Under the pieces are notes generated by a model. It was not told the origin of the DNA. It saw nothing but the letters and a program-made list of their open reading frames with translations, and made no database searches. Made by a program: the position numbers and the translations under genes. From contig JAMNZI010000063.1 in NCBI GenBank assembly GCA_023622385.1, forward strand, positions 1,887 through 65,886: a DNA stretch of 64,000 nucleotides, given 5' to 3'. The DNA is from Bacillota bacterium (GTDB lineage Bacteria > Bacillota > Clostridia > Caldicoprobacterales > Caldicoprobacteraceae). Below are positions 53,443-62,324 of the stretch, in pieces (position 1 is the stretch's first letter; each line of letters opens with the position of its first letter).

Positions 53443-54226
53443 CTGCGGTTGAATTGTTGCTTAAAGCCTTTCTCTGCCCGGGCGATAAAAACGCTTTAAG
53501 CTTTTCTTCGATAATCCTTGGGTTTTCACCCGCTTGTATGGAAAGTATACCTTCCAGCATTATCTCCTTATAGAGCATCTCCTGTGCGCTTCTTTGCTTA
53601 AGCTTATTGGCGGTCGGAGTAAAGAATAGGTTTGCCAGTATGGAACCATAAAATGTTGTAACCAGCGCTACCGCCATATTGGGTCCCACCGAAGATGGAT
53701 CATCCAGCATCTTCAGCATGTTTATAAGGCCTATCAGGGTTCCTATCATCCCGTATGCTGGTGCCAGAGAGGCCATGGTTTCAAAAATAGCCTGACCCTG
53801 ATTGTGGCGCTCTTCCATAAAGGTAAGTTCGGTCTCCATTATATTCCTGACCAACTCAGGATCGGTGCCATCGACGATGAGCAGGATCCCCTTTTGCATG
53901 AACGGATCATCCAGATTATAGGCTGCTTCCTCAAGAGCCAACAACCCTTCTTTTCTGGCAATGTTGGCTAGCTCTATAATCTGGCTTATGATTTCATTCG
54001 GATCCTTGGCTTTGGTAAAAAATAAATTTTTGGTAACCTTAAAAATCCCTATGAGGTTCTTTAATGGATAAGATATAAGCGTTGCAGCAAACGTCCCGCC
54101 CAACGTGATCATTATAGAGGGTGCATCATAAAAATTGCCCAGGTCTCCCGACATCAAGATGCCCGCAACGATAAAGGATATACCGGCTATAATTCCTGCC
54201 AGAGTAGCTATATCCATATTCATCAT
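53432..54226 (-). CDS. motA: Flagellar stator subunit A (MotA/MotP)
   Basis: ARKEGLLALE, APAYGMIGTLIGLI, ALVTTFYG, GENPR. Confidence 0.96.
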   Translation of the reverse strand: MMNMDIATLAGIIAGISFIVAGILMSGDLGNFYDAPSIMITLGGTFAATLISYPLKNLIGIFKVTKNLFFTKAKDPNEIISQIIELANIARKEGLLALEEAAYNLDDPFMQKGILLIVDGTDPELVRNIMETELTFMEERHNQGQAIFETMASLAPAYGMIGTLIGLINMLKMLDDPSSVGPNMAVALVTTFYGSILANLFFTPTANKLKQRSAQEMLYKEIMLEGILSIQAGENPRIIEEKLKAFLSPGQRKALSNNSTAGEE

Positions 54227-54438
54227 TCACCTACCAATTCTTCGTTCTTTTGAACACAACAGAAAATTTGCCGTTTATAGGCTACGATGCGCTGGATTAC
54301 CTCTTCTACTCCTTCCTTGACCACCACTTTTCTGTCGTTTGTCAAGGTTATTACCGTATCGGGCGTTTTTTCAATATATTGAATTAAATCGGGGTTTATA
54401 TAGAATTCCTCCCCGTTCAAACGCGTCACCTTTATCAA
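54223..54438 (-). CDS. flbD: FlbD/SwrD family flagellar protein
   Basis: MIKVTRLNG...INPDLIQYIEKTPDTVITL; TTG start with SD GGAGG. Confidence 0.93.
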   Translation of the reverse strand: MIKVTRLNGEEFYINPDLIQYIEKTPDTVITLTNDRKVVVKEGVEEVIQRIVAYKRQIFCCVQKNEELVGE

Positions 54439-54465
54439 AAGGACATACCTCCATTCAAAGTTTCA

Positions 54466-54501
54466 GGTTCACAGCCGGAAGCTTAAAGCCGGCTGTGAAC
54501 C
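54466..54501 (-). terminator. Strong hairpin between flgE and flbD (terminator or 3' stabiliser)
   Basis: GGTTCACAGCCGG-10 nt-CCGGCTGTGAACC, perfect 13-bp stem 8 nt after the flgE stop; no clean U-tract (followed by UGAAACUUU). Confidence 0.6.
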
Positions 54502-54509
54502 CACTCTCG

Positions 54510-55760
54510 TTATCGCTTCAGATTGACCAGCTCCTGTAGCATCTCATCCGCTACAGTGATGATCCTCGAGTTGGCCTGAAATCCCCTCTGGGCAACGATC
54601 ATGTCGGTAAATTCCTTGGCAAGGTCCACGTTGGACATCTCCAGCGCCCCCGCAATGATGGTACCCCTGCCACCTACGCCTGCTCTTCCATATAGTGGAT
54701 ACCCGGAATTGGTGGAGTGCTGGTACAGGTTATTGCCAACCTTATTCAATCCGCCTGGGTTTGTGAAGGTAGCAATGGCCAATACCGCGTCCTCCCTGGA
54801 CTGGCCATTGGTATAGTACCCTATCACGCGGCCTTCGGAATCGATGCTTATGGAATTCAATATTCCGGATATGTATCCGTTAACAGTAGCGTTAACGGTG
54901 GTGGAATTGGCGTATTGGGTAAATTTCGCTGGGTCGAACTTAATACTCAAAGTGATATCATCCGCACCTGTAACACTAGAAACTTGGATGGTAACATTTC
55001 CCTCCGAAGGATTGCTTAGCTTACCTTCTGGGCTAAATACCAGTGAGCCTGAAGCACCAGTTACTCCTACACCAGATGGTGGCTCTATTCTCCACGACCA
55101 CTCATTGTTATCATCTTTTGTAAATATAATGTTTAGCTTGTGCTCGTTACCGAGGGAATCAAACACGGTAAAGCTATACTGTTCTTCCTCATCCACGGCT
55201 AAGCTAGCATCCAGGTTACCTTCAAATTTTATCATATCTGTGGCTTTTGCCGGCATCGATAGATTCAACAGGTTGATAGGTCCAGGCATGCCAGTAGTAT
55301 CCACGTACTGCTCTCCCGTCGTAGGATCAGTGACTAAGGTATTCCACCCCAGTACCTTTAACCCTCCCGGATAAACCAAATCGCCGTTGACGTCTATATC
55401 AAAGTTTCCAGCCCTGGTGTAATACACGTTTTCTCCATCTGAAACCATAAAGAAGCCTTCACCATCTATAGCCAGATCAGTGGCCCTGTCGGTTCTCTGT
55501 ACGCCGGTACTGGTATGGAGCACATCGATGGTACCCACCGATACTCCCAATCCGATTTGCTGCGGGTTTGTGCCTCCCCGGCCTCCCACCTGCGACGGTC
55601 CGGAGGCATTTTTAATGGTCTGGTTCAAGATTTCCTGGAAGGTTACTCGGCTTGATTTAAAGGCAACGGTGTTTACGTTGGCGATATTGTTACCTATGAC
55701 GTCCATCTGGGTCTGATGGACCCTCAAACCCGAAATACCGGAATACAACGACCTCATCAT
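54510..55760 (-). CDS. flgE: Flagellar hook protein FlgE
   Basis: MMRSLYSGISGL, GNNIANVNT, TRAGNF, LEMSNVDLAKEFTDMIVAQRGFQANSR; 416 aa with hook D2 domain. Confidence 0.95.
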   Translation of the reverse strand: MMRSLYSGISGLRVHQTQMDVIGNNIANVNTVAFKSSRVTFQEILNQTIKNASGPSQVGGRGGTNPQQIGLGVSVGTIDVLHTSTGVQRTDRATDLAIDGEGFFMVSDGENVYYTRAGNFDIDVNGDLVYPGGLKVLGWNTLVTDPTTGEQYVDTTGMPGPINLLNLSMPAKATDMIKFEGNLDASLAVDEEEQYSFTVFDSLGNEHKLNIIFTKDDNNEWSWRIEPPSGVGVTGASGSLVFSPEGKLSNPSEGNVTIQVSSVTGADDITLSIKFDPAKFTQYANSTTVNATVNGYISGILNSISIDSEGRVIGYYTNGQSREDAVLAIATFTNPGGLNKVGNNLYQHSTNSGYPLYGRAGVGGRGTIIAGALEMSNVDLAKEFTDMIVAQRGFQANSRIITVADEMLQELVNLKR

Positions 55761-55768
55761 AAAGCAAC

Positions 55769-55845
55769 AACCTCCTTTGGTTTATCGGCGCAGCCCATTC
55801 CCTCTGTCGTTCAGGAATGATGCAGCCTCCCCAAAGGGGTCCGGC
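55769..55845 (-). ncRNA. Candidate cis-regulatory structured RNA in the flgE leader
   Basis: GCC-GGA-CCCC-UUU-GGGG-A-GGC hairpin, CAUUCC/GGAAUG stem, and a segment (GACCCCUUUGG) complementary to the flgE SD region (CCAAAGGAGGUU). Confidence 0.5.
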
Positions 55846-56258
55846 TACAGCACTACTGCGCCATCGATATTTGTAAAGATGTTCTCCTTTATGCTCTCAC
55901 CATCGACAGCTGTAACGATGGTTTTGGTAGGAACGTTGACTATAAACGCAAGATCGCCCATGAGCACCAACGAATCCCGCACGCCCTTTTCCCTGGCCTT
56001 TTCAATTGCCTGTCCAATCCTGTCCATCTGATCTTGTGACAACCAGATATTCCTCTGCCTCATCCTGGTTTGGGCATGCTTGCTGAACTTGATGGCCTGC
56101 TCCTTCTGTATTGCTTCCTTCAGTATTTCATCAAAACCTATATTGCTTACCCCGTTACTGCCTCTTCTGAGAGAATCAGCTTGTTGGGGGATCCCCGATA
56201 TCCTGCCGGTATAGACGACGCGGTTGTATTCAACTTTGCCGCTGTCCATACTATTCAT
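55845..56258 (-). CDS. Flagellar operon protein, TIGR02530 type
   Basis: IKFSKHAQTRMRQRNI, KGVRDSLVLM, AFIVNVPTKTIVTA, ENIFTNIDGAVVL; between flgD and flgE. Confidence 0.88.
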   Translation of the reverse strand: MNSMDSGKVEYNRVVYTGRISGIPQQADSLRRGSNGVSNIGFDEILKEAIQKEQAIKFSKHAQTRMRQRNIWLSQDQMDRIGQAIEKAREKGVRDSLVLMGDLAFIVNVPTKTIVTAVDGESIKENIFTNIDGAVVL

Positions 56259-56673
56259 CCCCTTGTGTATCTATTGTTCCAGAATAGATCTCCTTTACCT
56301 CATCCAGAGCGATATCATATCCGTTGACATGAAGGGTTACTTTTCCATTGACCACTGAAACCCCCTCAACTTTCCCATACACTGGGATAACCCCTGCCGA
56401 ATTCTCTGCCCTCTTCTCGGCATAGACCATCTTGTCTATCAGTCCCATGGCCTTCATCGATGTAAAGTCATTGCTCAAATTTTGCATGAGCTCCAACGTG
56501 CTGAACTGTGCAAGCTGGGCTATAAATTCCCTATCCTCCATCGGGTTTAATGGGTCCTGATACTTCAGCTGCGTTATGAGAAGCTTTAAAAACGCATCCT
56601 TGCCCAGCTCATTGCCAGGCTGTTTCGAATTTTCTGCAGTATACGCCTGATTGTTTACGCCGCTCACATACAT
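56251..56673 (-). CDS. flgD: Flagellar hook capping protein FlgD
   Basis: LGKDAFLKLLITQLKYQDPLNPMEDREFIAQLAQFS. Confidence 0.96.
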   Translation of the reverse strand: MYVSGVNNQAYTAENSKQPGNELGKDAFLKLLITQLKYQDPLNPMEDREFIAQLAQFSTLELMQNLSNDFTSMKAMGLIDKMVYAEKRAENSAGVIPVYGKVEGVSVVNGKVTLHVNGYDIALDEVKEIYSGTIDTQGDE

Positions 56674-56694
56674 TCCTACACCTCTACCTCCCTT

Positions 56695-58095
56695 TTACGC
56701 AAGGCAATCAAGCCTATGATGGCCATCATAATACGCAGCCGGTCTGACGATGCTGTGCCGCGCCTCTGCTATGCCAGGCCTTATCCTCCTGGGCATTGGG
56801 TTTTCCCATTGCCAGCCGCTTCCCACGCCATCGCGCTGCAGCTGTTGATAGCCCTGCCCAATGTTTACGTCAATATTTGTAAAGCTATATCCCTTCTGGG
56901 CAAGCAGCGCTTTAAGCTCATGGGTGTGCGACTGCAGGAAATCCTTGACGGCGTTGGACTCCACCGTGATTCTGACTGCCAGCGTTCCGCCTTCCATGGC
57001 CACTTTCAGGACCATCCTACCCAGTTCTGGTGGCTTTAAAAGCACTTCCATTTCCGACCGCTTATCCGACAACAAAACCCTCACCCTGTCAGCAACGTCC
57101 GCCAGCATGGCATGAAAGTCCACCGGCCTTTCCCCATACACAGAGCTCATCTCAGCATTAAATGTCCGCCGTAGCTGTCCATTAGCGTATAACCGTTCTA
57201 CCGCAAGGCCTTCTTGGCCGTGGTTAAAATCCGGCTGTAAATCCTCCCGAGCCTCATCTAAAATAGCCCCATCTTCGTGCATGCCTTGCTGCATGGTTCG
57301 TATACGTGAAGCCATAAGCTTAGCGTTTGAACTCTCATCAGCGGCTTTTAGGTTTATAGGAGAACCCCTGTACTGTGAAGACATCCCATCAAAGGAATCC
57401 ATACGGCTGCTTTTTACAGTTCCATCCTTTTTTAAGGTCATCTTTCCTCTGATGTCTAGCATCTTTTCAACAACGTGCATTTGATCGTCGTACGCCTGTG
57501 TATCTAAAACCAGGGGTTCATTCATAACCGGTTGAAGATCGCCATCAGGGGTATCATACACAACTTCAAAGCCATGTTCTTGTATGCCAGTCTCGCGATC
57601 TTGTAAGCCACTTGCTGAATCCGCTGAATGCAAAAACGCGGCTACATTCCCATCAAACTGTCCTACAGCACCATCGCACTCTTCCACCATAGGATATAGC
57701 TGCCGTGACGACATTTGCTCCGATAATACATGCTGAGATACAGGATGCAACTGCTCCCCAAAAGGTACGGCCTGGCCATCCCGAAAAATGCTTTCTTGAG
57801 GTGTTCCATCAAATTCGTGTAAACCTGTATCCCCCGGCGTTTGTATAGGAATTTTTAATGCTGCCTCTGTGGCTTTTAACAACGCCTGGCTTGCAGACGA
57901 CAGGTCCTCAGATGGAGGCATCCCATTCCCATCAGCGCCGCCCGCTTCCTCAGCATACGCAACTTGAAGCGGCATAAGGCTTTGCAACATCAGGCCAAAC
58001 TCTTGCGAACATCCTTCATCTTGCACATCACGCCGGCGTTTCTCGTGAGAGTTAACATTGCCTGGCATGATACCACGAATTAAATCCACCCCCAC
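56695..58095 (-). CDS. fliK: Flagellar hook-length control protein FliK
   Basis: Low-complexity N-terminus; C-terminal LLKPPELGRMVLKV...L...L..QG domain; GTG start with SD AAGGAGGTG. Confidence 0.88.
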   Translation of the reverse strand: MGVDLIRGIMPGNVNSHEKRRRDVQDEGCSQEFGLMLQSLMPLQVAYAEEAGGADGNGMPPSEDLSSASQALLKATEAALKIPIQTPGDTGLHEFDGTPQESIFRDGQAVPFGEQLHPVSQHVLSEQMSSRQLYPMVEECDGAVGQFDGNVAAFLHSADSASGLQDRETGIQEHGFEVVYDTPDGDLQPVMNEPLVLDTQAYDDQMHVVEKMLDIRGKMTLKKDGTVKSSRMDSFDGMSSQYRGSPINLKAADESSNAKLMASRIRTMQQGMHEDGAILDEAREDLQPDFNHGQEGLAVERLYANGQLRRTFNAEMSSVYGERPVDFHAMLADVADRVRVLLSDKRSEMEVLLKPPELGRMVLKVAMEGGTLAVRITVESNAVKDFLQSHTHELKALLAQKGYSFTNIDVNIGQGYQQLQRDGVGSGWQWENPMPRRIRPGIAEARHSIVRPAAYYDGHHRLDCLA

Positions 58096-58143
58096 AGCTT
58101 TTTCACCTCCTTTCCAGATAGGTTTTATGCAAAAGCCGGAAAC

Positions 58144-58746
58144 TTATTGCCCAGCCATTTGCCTGGTCAACTCGGCCGCCTTTTTGGATTCCATCGCTCC
58201 CAATATCTCGGCGCTCCTCTCTGCTGGCATGTGTTTGAGTATCTGAATGACCAGAGAACGGTCTTCCATCTCGGACAAAATGGAGGCGGCTTGCTCTGCT
58301 TCCATATTCTCATAAACCTTAGCAATATCCTTTATACCCTCAAACAGGGCCGAAAGCTTCTGCTGCAATTCATCCACTTCCCTTTCCTTTTGCTCAAGCT
58401 CTTCCTCCCTTTGTTCCAATTGCTGCTGCTTGTCCTCCAGCTGGCCCTTTAAAGCGTTGAGCTGATCCTCATAAACCTTCAGCCTCTTTTTTTCGTCCTC
58501 AATGGCCTTTAGCTGCTGCTGTAACTCGCTACCTTCATCCGATGGCGAATTATCAACCACCTTAGAAGGAAACAGCAACGCCACGGCAGTATCCCTTATA
58601 CCGCCCACATTGAAAAAAAGCGACAACCCTATACCGGTTACGATAAACAGCAATACCACGACGATTATCAGCCGTGCGGCACCCCTGGTGTTGGCCACCA
58701 AGTCACCGCCCGCTTTTCCCCTATCGATCCTGTCATACCTTGCCAT
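58144..58746 (-). CDS. MotE/YlxF-family flagellar protein (TM, coiled coil, MgtE_N-like)
   Basis: TM, coiled coil, IAKVYENMEAEQAASIL...ILKHMPAERSAEILGAM; between fliJ and fliK. Confidence 0.8.
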   Translation of the reverse strand: MARYDRIDRGKAGGDLVANTRGAARLIIVVVLLFIVTGIGLSLFFNVGGIRDTAVALLFPSKVVDNSPSDEGSELQQQLKAIEDEKKRLKVYEDQLNALKGQLEDKQQQLEQREEELEQKEREVDELQQKLSALFEGIKDIAKVYENMEAEQAASILSEMEDRSLVIQILKHMPAERSAEILGAMESKKAAELTRQMAGQ

Positions 58747-59197
58747 TTATTGGTCCACCCTGCCTATATATTTTATAGCCGGCGTATTCGTCCACTACCT
58801 TTTGATACCTCTTTTCCATTTCCAAGCGGTATTGGTAATATTGCCTTTCCTTCATCTCGCTCAACACGTTAACCTCCCTAACTAAGCCAATGAGCCTTAT
58901 CTTTATGGAATCCAAATTATTCCTTGCCCGAACAACCACCTGTTCCTGAGACTTTATGCGCCTTTGGAGCAAAGCAGAATAAGAAGCGTACAGCTTCATG
59001 TTGCGCGCCGTCGTACCCTCTGCAGCCAGCTGTCCCATATCCGAAGTAAGGCTGCGGTGTTCGTCAACCAACTCGGACAATACCGCCAGTTGCATATCCA
59101 GCTCTCTTAGCGCTTTGGCATATTCCCCTTCAGCCTGCTTTTTTTTCAGTTGGTTTACTCTAAGCAATGCGTCGAGCGAAAACTTAAATTTAGCCAT
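58733..59197 (-). CDS. fliJ: Flagellar export protein FliJ
   Basis: MAKFKFSLDALLRV, coiled coil, position after fliI. Confidence 0.88.
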   Translation of the reverse strand: MAKFKFSLDALLRVNQLKKKQAEGEYAKALRELDMQLAVLSELVDEHRSLTSDMGQLAAEGTTARNMKLYASYSALLQRRIKSQEQVVVRARNNLDSIKIRLIGLVREVNVLSEMKERQYYQYRLEMEKRYQKVVDEYAGYKIYRQGGPINGKV

Positions 59198-59254
59198 AGG
59201 CGGCGTCTCCCCACATTAGCATCTTCTCCATCTCATTTTAGGATATCCTCAACC

Positions 59255-60568
59255 TTACTGGCCGGCTATTCTTTCCATCCACTGGCGGGTATCCTCAAAA
59301 TCGGCCTTTTCGTCTACCGCCTGCTGTAAAAATTCGGTTATCCGGGGCATCTTCTCGATAGCTTCATCCACTTCGGGATTGCTGCCACGGCGATAGGCGC
59401 CTATATTGATTAGGTCCCTGGCTTCCTCGTAAGCCGCCATCAGCGCCTTTATCTTGCCCGCCAGCTGCATATGGCTTTTATCCACTACATCGGGCATTAC
59501 CCTGCTCACGCTGCCCAACACATCGATGGCGGGGTAGTGGTTCCGATTAGCCAACTTTCGCGACAGGAGTATATGCCCGTCCAATATTCCTCGTACTGCA
59601 TCGCTGATGGGCTCATTGAAGTCATCGCCATCCACCAACACGGTGTACAGGCCGGTTATAGAGCCCATCTCCCCGTTGCCCACCCTTTCCAGCAATTTGG
59701 GCAATATTGAAAACACCGATGGGGTGTATCCCCTGGAAACCGGTGGCTCACCTATGGCCAGCCCTACTTCCCGCTGGGCCATGGCAAAGCGCGTTATGGA
59801 ATCCATCATAAGCAGCACATTTTTCCCTTTGTCCCTAAAAAATTCAGCTATGGCGGTGGCCACAAAAGCCGCTTTAAGCCGCACCAGCGGAGGTTGATCA
59901 GATGTAGCAACCACTATGACGGAACGCTTCAGGCCATCCCTTAGGTCCTTTTCTATGAACTCCCTGACCTCCCTACCCCGTTCGCCTATAAGGGCGATGA
60001 CGTTGATTTGGGCTAGGGTATTGCGCGCAATCATCCCTAGCAGGGTGCTCTTTCCCACGCCGCTCCCTGCAAATATTCCCAATCGTTGACCCTGTCCACA
60101 GGTCAGCAATCCATCTATGGCCCTTACTCCCAGCACCAGCGGCTTTGAGATCCTCTGCCGATTTAGGGGATGGGGAGGGGCGTTGTGGATATTGGCCCAC
60201 TTTTCAGGTACTACCGCAGCGCCCCCGTCCATGGGATTGCCCAGCCCGTCCAGTATTCGCCCGACCAGTTGGTTGCCCACGGCAACCTTAAATGGCCTGC
60301 CTGTCAATGCTACCTTGCTACCCGGCCCTATGCCGCTCAGTTCCCCATACGGCATGAGCAGTATCCTGTCCTTACGGAAACCAACTATCTCTGCAGGGAT
60401 GTATGCAGTTTCCTTTGTGTTGTATATATGGCATATTTCCCCTACTTCTCCTGCAGGCGCTTCAGCTTCTACAGTAAGCCCGATAACCTGTACCACCTGA
60501 CCGGTACACCTTATAACCTCAATTTCATTTACCATATCCCTGTATTTTTTAAGCGAGATGCATGCCAT
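59255..60568 (-). CDS. fliI: Flagellar export ATPase FliI
   Basis: GIFAGSGVGKS, LIGERGREV, MDSITRFAMAQRE, GEPP, DGHILL; ATG 60568 just after the fliH stop. Confidence 0.97.
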   Translation of the reverse strand: MACISLKKYRDMVNEIEVIRCTGQVVQVIGLTVEAEAPAGEVGEICHIYNTKETAYIPAEIVGFRKDRILLMPYGELSGIGPGSKVALTGRPFKVAVGNQLVGRILDGLGNPMDGGAAVVPEKWANIHNAPPHPLNRQRISKPLVLGVRAIDGLLTCGQGQRLGIFAGSGVGKSTLLGMIARNTLAQINVIALIGERGREVREFIEKDLRDGLKRSVIVVATSDQPPLVRLKAAFVATAIAEFFRDKGKNVLLMMDSITRFAMAQREVGLAIGEPPVSRGYTPSVFSILPKLLERVGNGEMGSITGLYTVLVDGDDFNEPISDAVRGILDGHILLSRKLANRNHYPAIDVLGSVSRVMPDVVDKSHMQLAGKIKALMAAYEEARDLINIGAYRRGSNPEVDEAIEKMPRITEFLQQAVDEKADFEDTRQWMERIAGQ

Positions 60569-60569
60569 G

Positions 60570-61319
60570 TCAACGTCCCACCACAACTGCTTCAATCTCC
60601 CTTAAGCGGGCATCAACGCTACCATTCACCATACCGCTGCCGGTATCCACCACACAGCTGCCAATGCCCAAAAAATCATCCTCTATGACGTCCATATCCT
60701 CAATATGATGCAGCTTGGACAACAATCGCTCTTTAAGCCTGGATATCCTCCCGTAATCGTGCTTGCTCACCTTAAGCTGTACCCTTACTTTGCCCTGGAT
60801 TTTCCTAAGCGTTGATTCGACTACATGGGCTAAAACCTCATCATCCGTCTCCAGGCGGTCATATATGACCCGTTTAGCGATATCCACTGCTAAAGCCACT
60901 AAGTCCTGCTCGAACTGCTGGTAGAGCTCCTCTCTCTCTTTTATAATCTCTTCTTTTATGCGCTGAGCTTCATTGATTTCGGATAAAAACTGGCTTTTGG
61001 CCTCCTCCAGCCCTTTTTGAAAACCAGCCTGGAATCCTTCTTGGAAGCCAGCTTCTTTTGCCCGCTCCTTTATTCTTTGGGCTTCATTGGTCGCTTGCGC
61101 TATTATTGCCCTGGCTTCCTCGTAGGCATTGTTTCTAATGGCTTCGGCATCCCGCCTTGCCATCTCCAACAGGCATTCAATGGATTTTGTTGCTTGTACA
61201 TCAACATCCGAAGCATCGCTGTCGACCTCAAACTGAGTCCTCTTTTGTAATGTAAACCGGCTTTCGGGATTCAGGCAGATGCTGTGGGATTTGAGCACGT
61301 TAGACAATGATCTCATCAC
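60570..61319 (-). CDS. fliH: Flagellar assembly protein FliH
   Basis: AxxxG(xxxG) repeats (EAGFQEGFQAGFQKG), GSCVVDTGSGMVNG. Confidence 0.9.
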   Translation of the reverse strand: MMRSLSNVLKSHSICLNPESRFTLQKRTQFEVDSDASDVDVQATKSIECLLEMARRDAEAIRNNAYEEARAIIAQATNEAQRIKERAKEAGFQEGFQAGFQKGLEEAKSQFLSEINEAQRIKEEIIKEREELYQQFEQDLVALAVDIAKRVIYDRLETDDEVLAHVVESTLRKIQGKVRVQLKVSKHDYGRISRLKERLLSKLHHIEDMDVIEDDFLGIGSCVVDTGSGMVNGSVDARLREIEAVVVGR

Positions 61320-62313
61320 CGCCTCCCCGTGATATTATGATCTCGCCGGCCTCTTCTAGCTGCCTGATGATGTTAACAATCTTCTGCTGAGCATTCTCCA
61401 CATCCCTGAGCCTTACTGGTCCCATGTATTCCATGTCTTCCTTTATCATCTCCTGCAGGCGCTTAGACATATTGGCAAATATAACCTTTTTCACTTCTTC
61501 GCTGGCTCCTTTTAGCGCCAAAGCCAAGTCGCTGTTGTCGACCTCGCGCAGGAACCTCTGTATCGAACGATTATCCAGCGTGACGATATCTTCAAATACG
61601 AACATCCTTTTCCTTATCTCTTCAGCCAACTCCTTATCCCTAAGCTCCAGATTTTCCATTATATACTTTTCTGTACCTCGATCAACCGACAGCAGTATAT
61701 CCACCAGAGCTTGGATTCCGCCGGCATTTGTAAAGTCAGCTGTCAGCATGGAAGAAAGCTTTCTCTCAAGCACCCTCTCAACCTCTTTTATGACATCTGG
61801 TGAGGTGCGGTCCATGAGCGCTATTCTAGTAGCCACATCCACCTGTTTTTCCTGAGGCAACGAAGAGATTATGGCGGCTGCTTGCTGCGGGCGCAGGTAT
61901 GCCAAGACCAGGGCTATGGTCTGTGGATGCTCGTTCTGTATAAAGTTCAGGATTTGTGATGGCTCAGCCTTTCTTATGAAATCAAAAGGCCTTACCTGTA
62001 AAGACGAGGTCAGCTTGTTTATTATCTCCAAAGCCTTCTGGCTGCCCATAGCGCGCTCCAAAATCTCCCTGGCATATTCGATGCCGCCTTCAGATATGTA
62101 ATTTTGAGCTAGGCATAGCTGATAAAATTCCTCTATTACCTGATTCTTAGCTTCTGCGTCCACCTTGGATAGGTTAGCTATTTCCAGGGTCAACTGTTCG
62201 ATTTCGTCCTCATTCAAATGCTTGTATATTTCGGATGCTTTTTCTTTGCCAAGGGCTATGAGCAATATTGCAGCCTTTCTACGGCCTGTTAATGTTCCTC
62301 TCTCGGCAGGCAT
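61300..62313 (-). CDS. fliG: Flagellar motor switch protein FliG
   Basis: KAAILLIALG, EHPQTIALVL, MFVFEDI, MGPVRLRDVE; ATG 62313 preferred. Confidence 0.98.
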   Translation of the reverse strand: MPAERGTLTGRRKAAILLIALGKEKASEIYKHLNEDEIEQLTLEIANLSKVDAEAKNQVIEEFYQLCLAQNYISEGGIEYAREILERAMGSQKALEIINKLTSSLQVRPFDFIRKAEPSQILNFIQNEHPQTIALVLAYLRPQQAAAIISSLPQEKQVDVATRIALMDRTSPDVIKEVERVLERKLSSMLTADFTNAGGIQALVDILLSVDRGTEKYIMENLELRDKELAEEIRKRMFVFEDIVTLDNRSIQRFLREVDNSDLALALKGASEEVKKVIFANMSKRLQEMIKEDMEYMGPVRLRDVENAQQKIVNIIRQLEEAGEIIISRGGGDEIIV

Positions 62314-62324
62314 ACGAATTCCCC

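Noticed and set aside
55782-55789. Exact sigma28 -10 box GCCGATAA upstream of flgE
   Set aside because: No TAAA-like -35 at 15-16 nt (GACA/CGAC instead), and a TSS there would fall inside the SD. The bases are better explained as part of the leader RNA.
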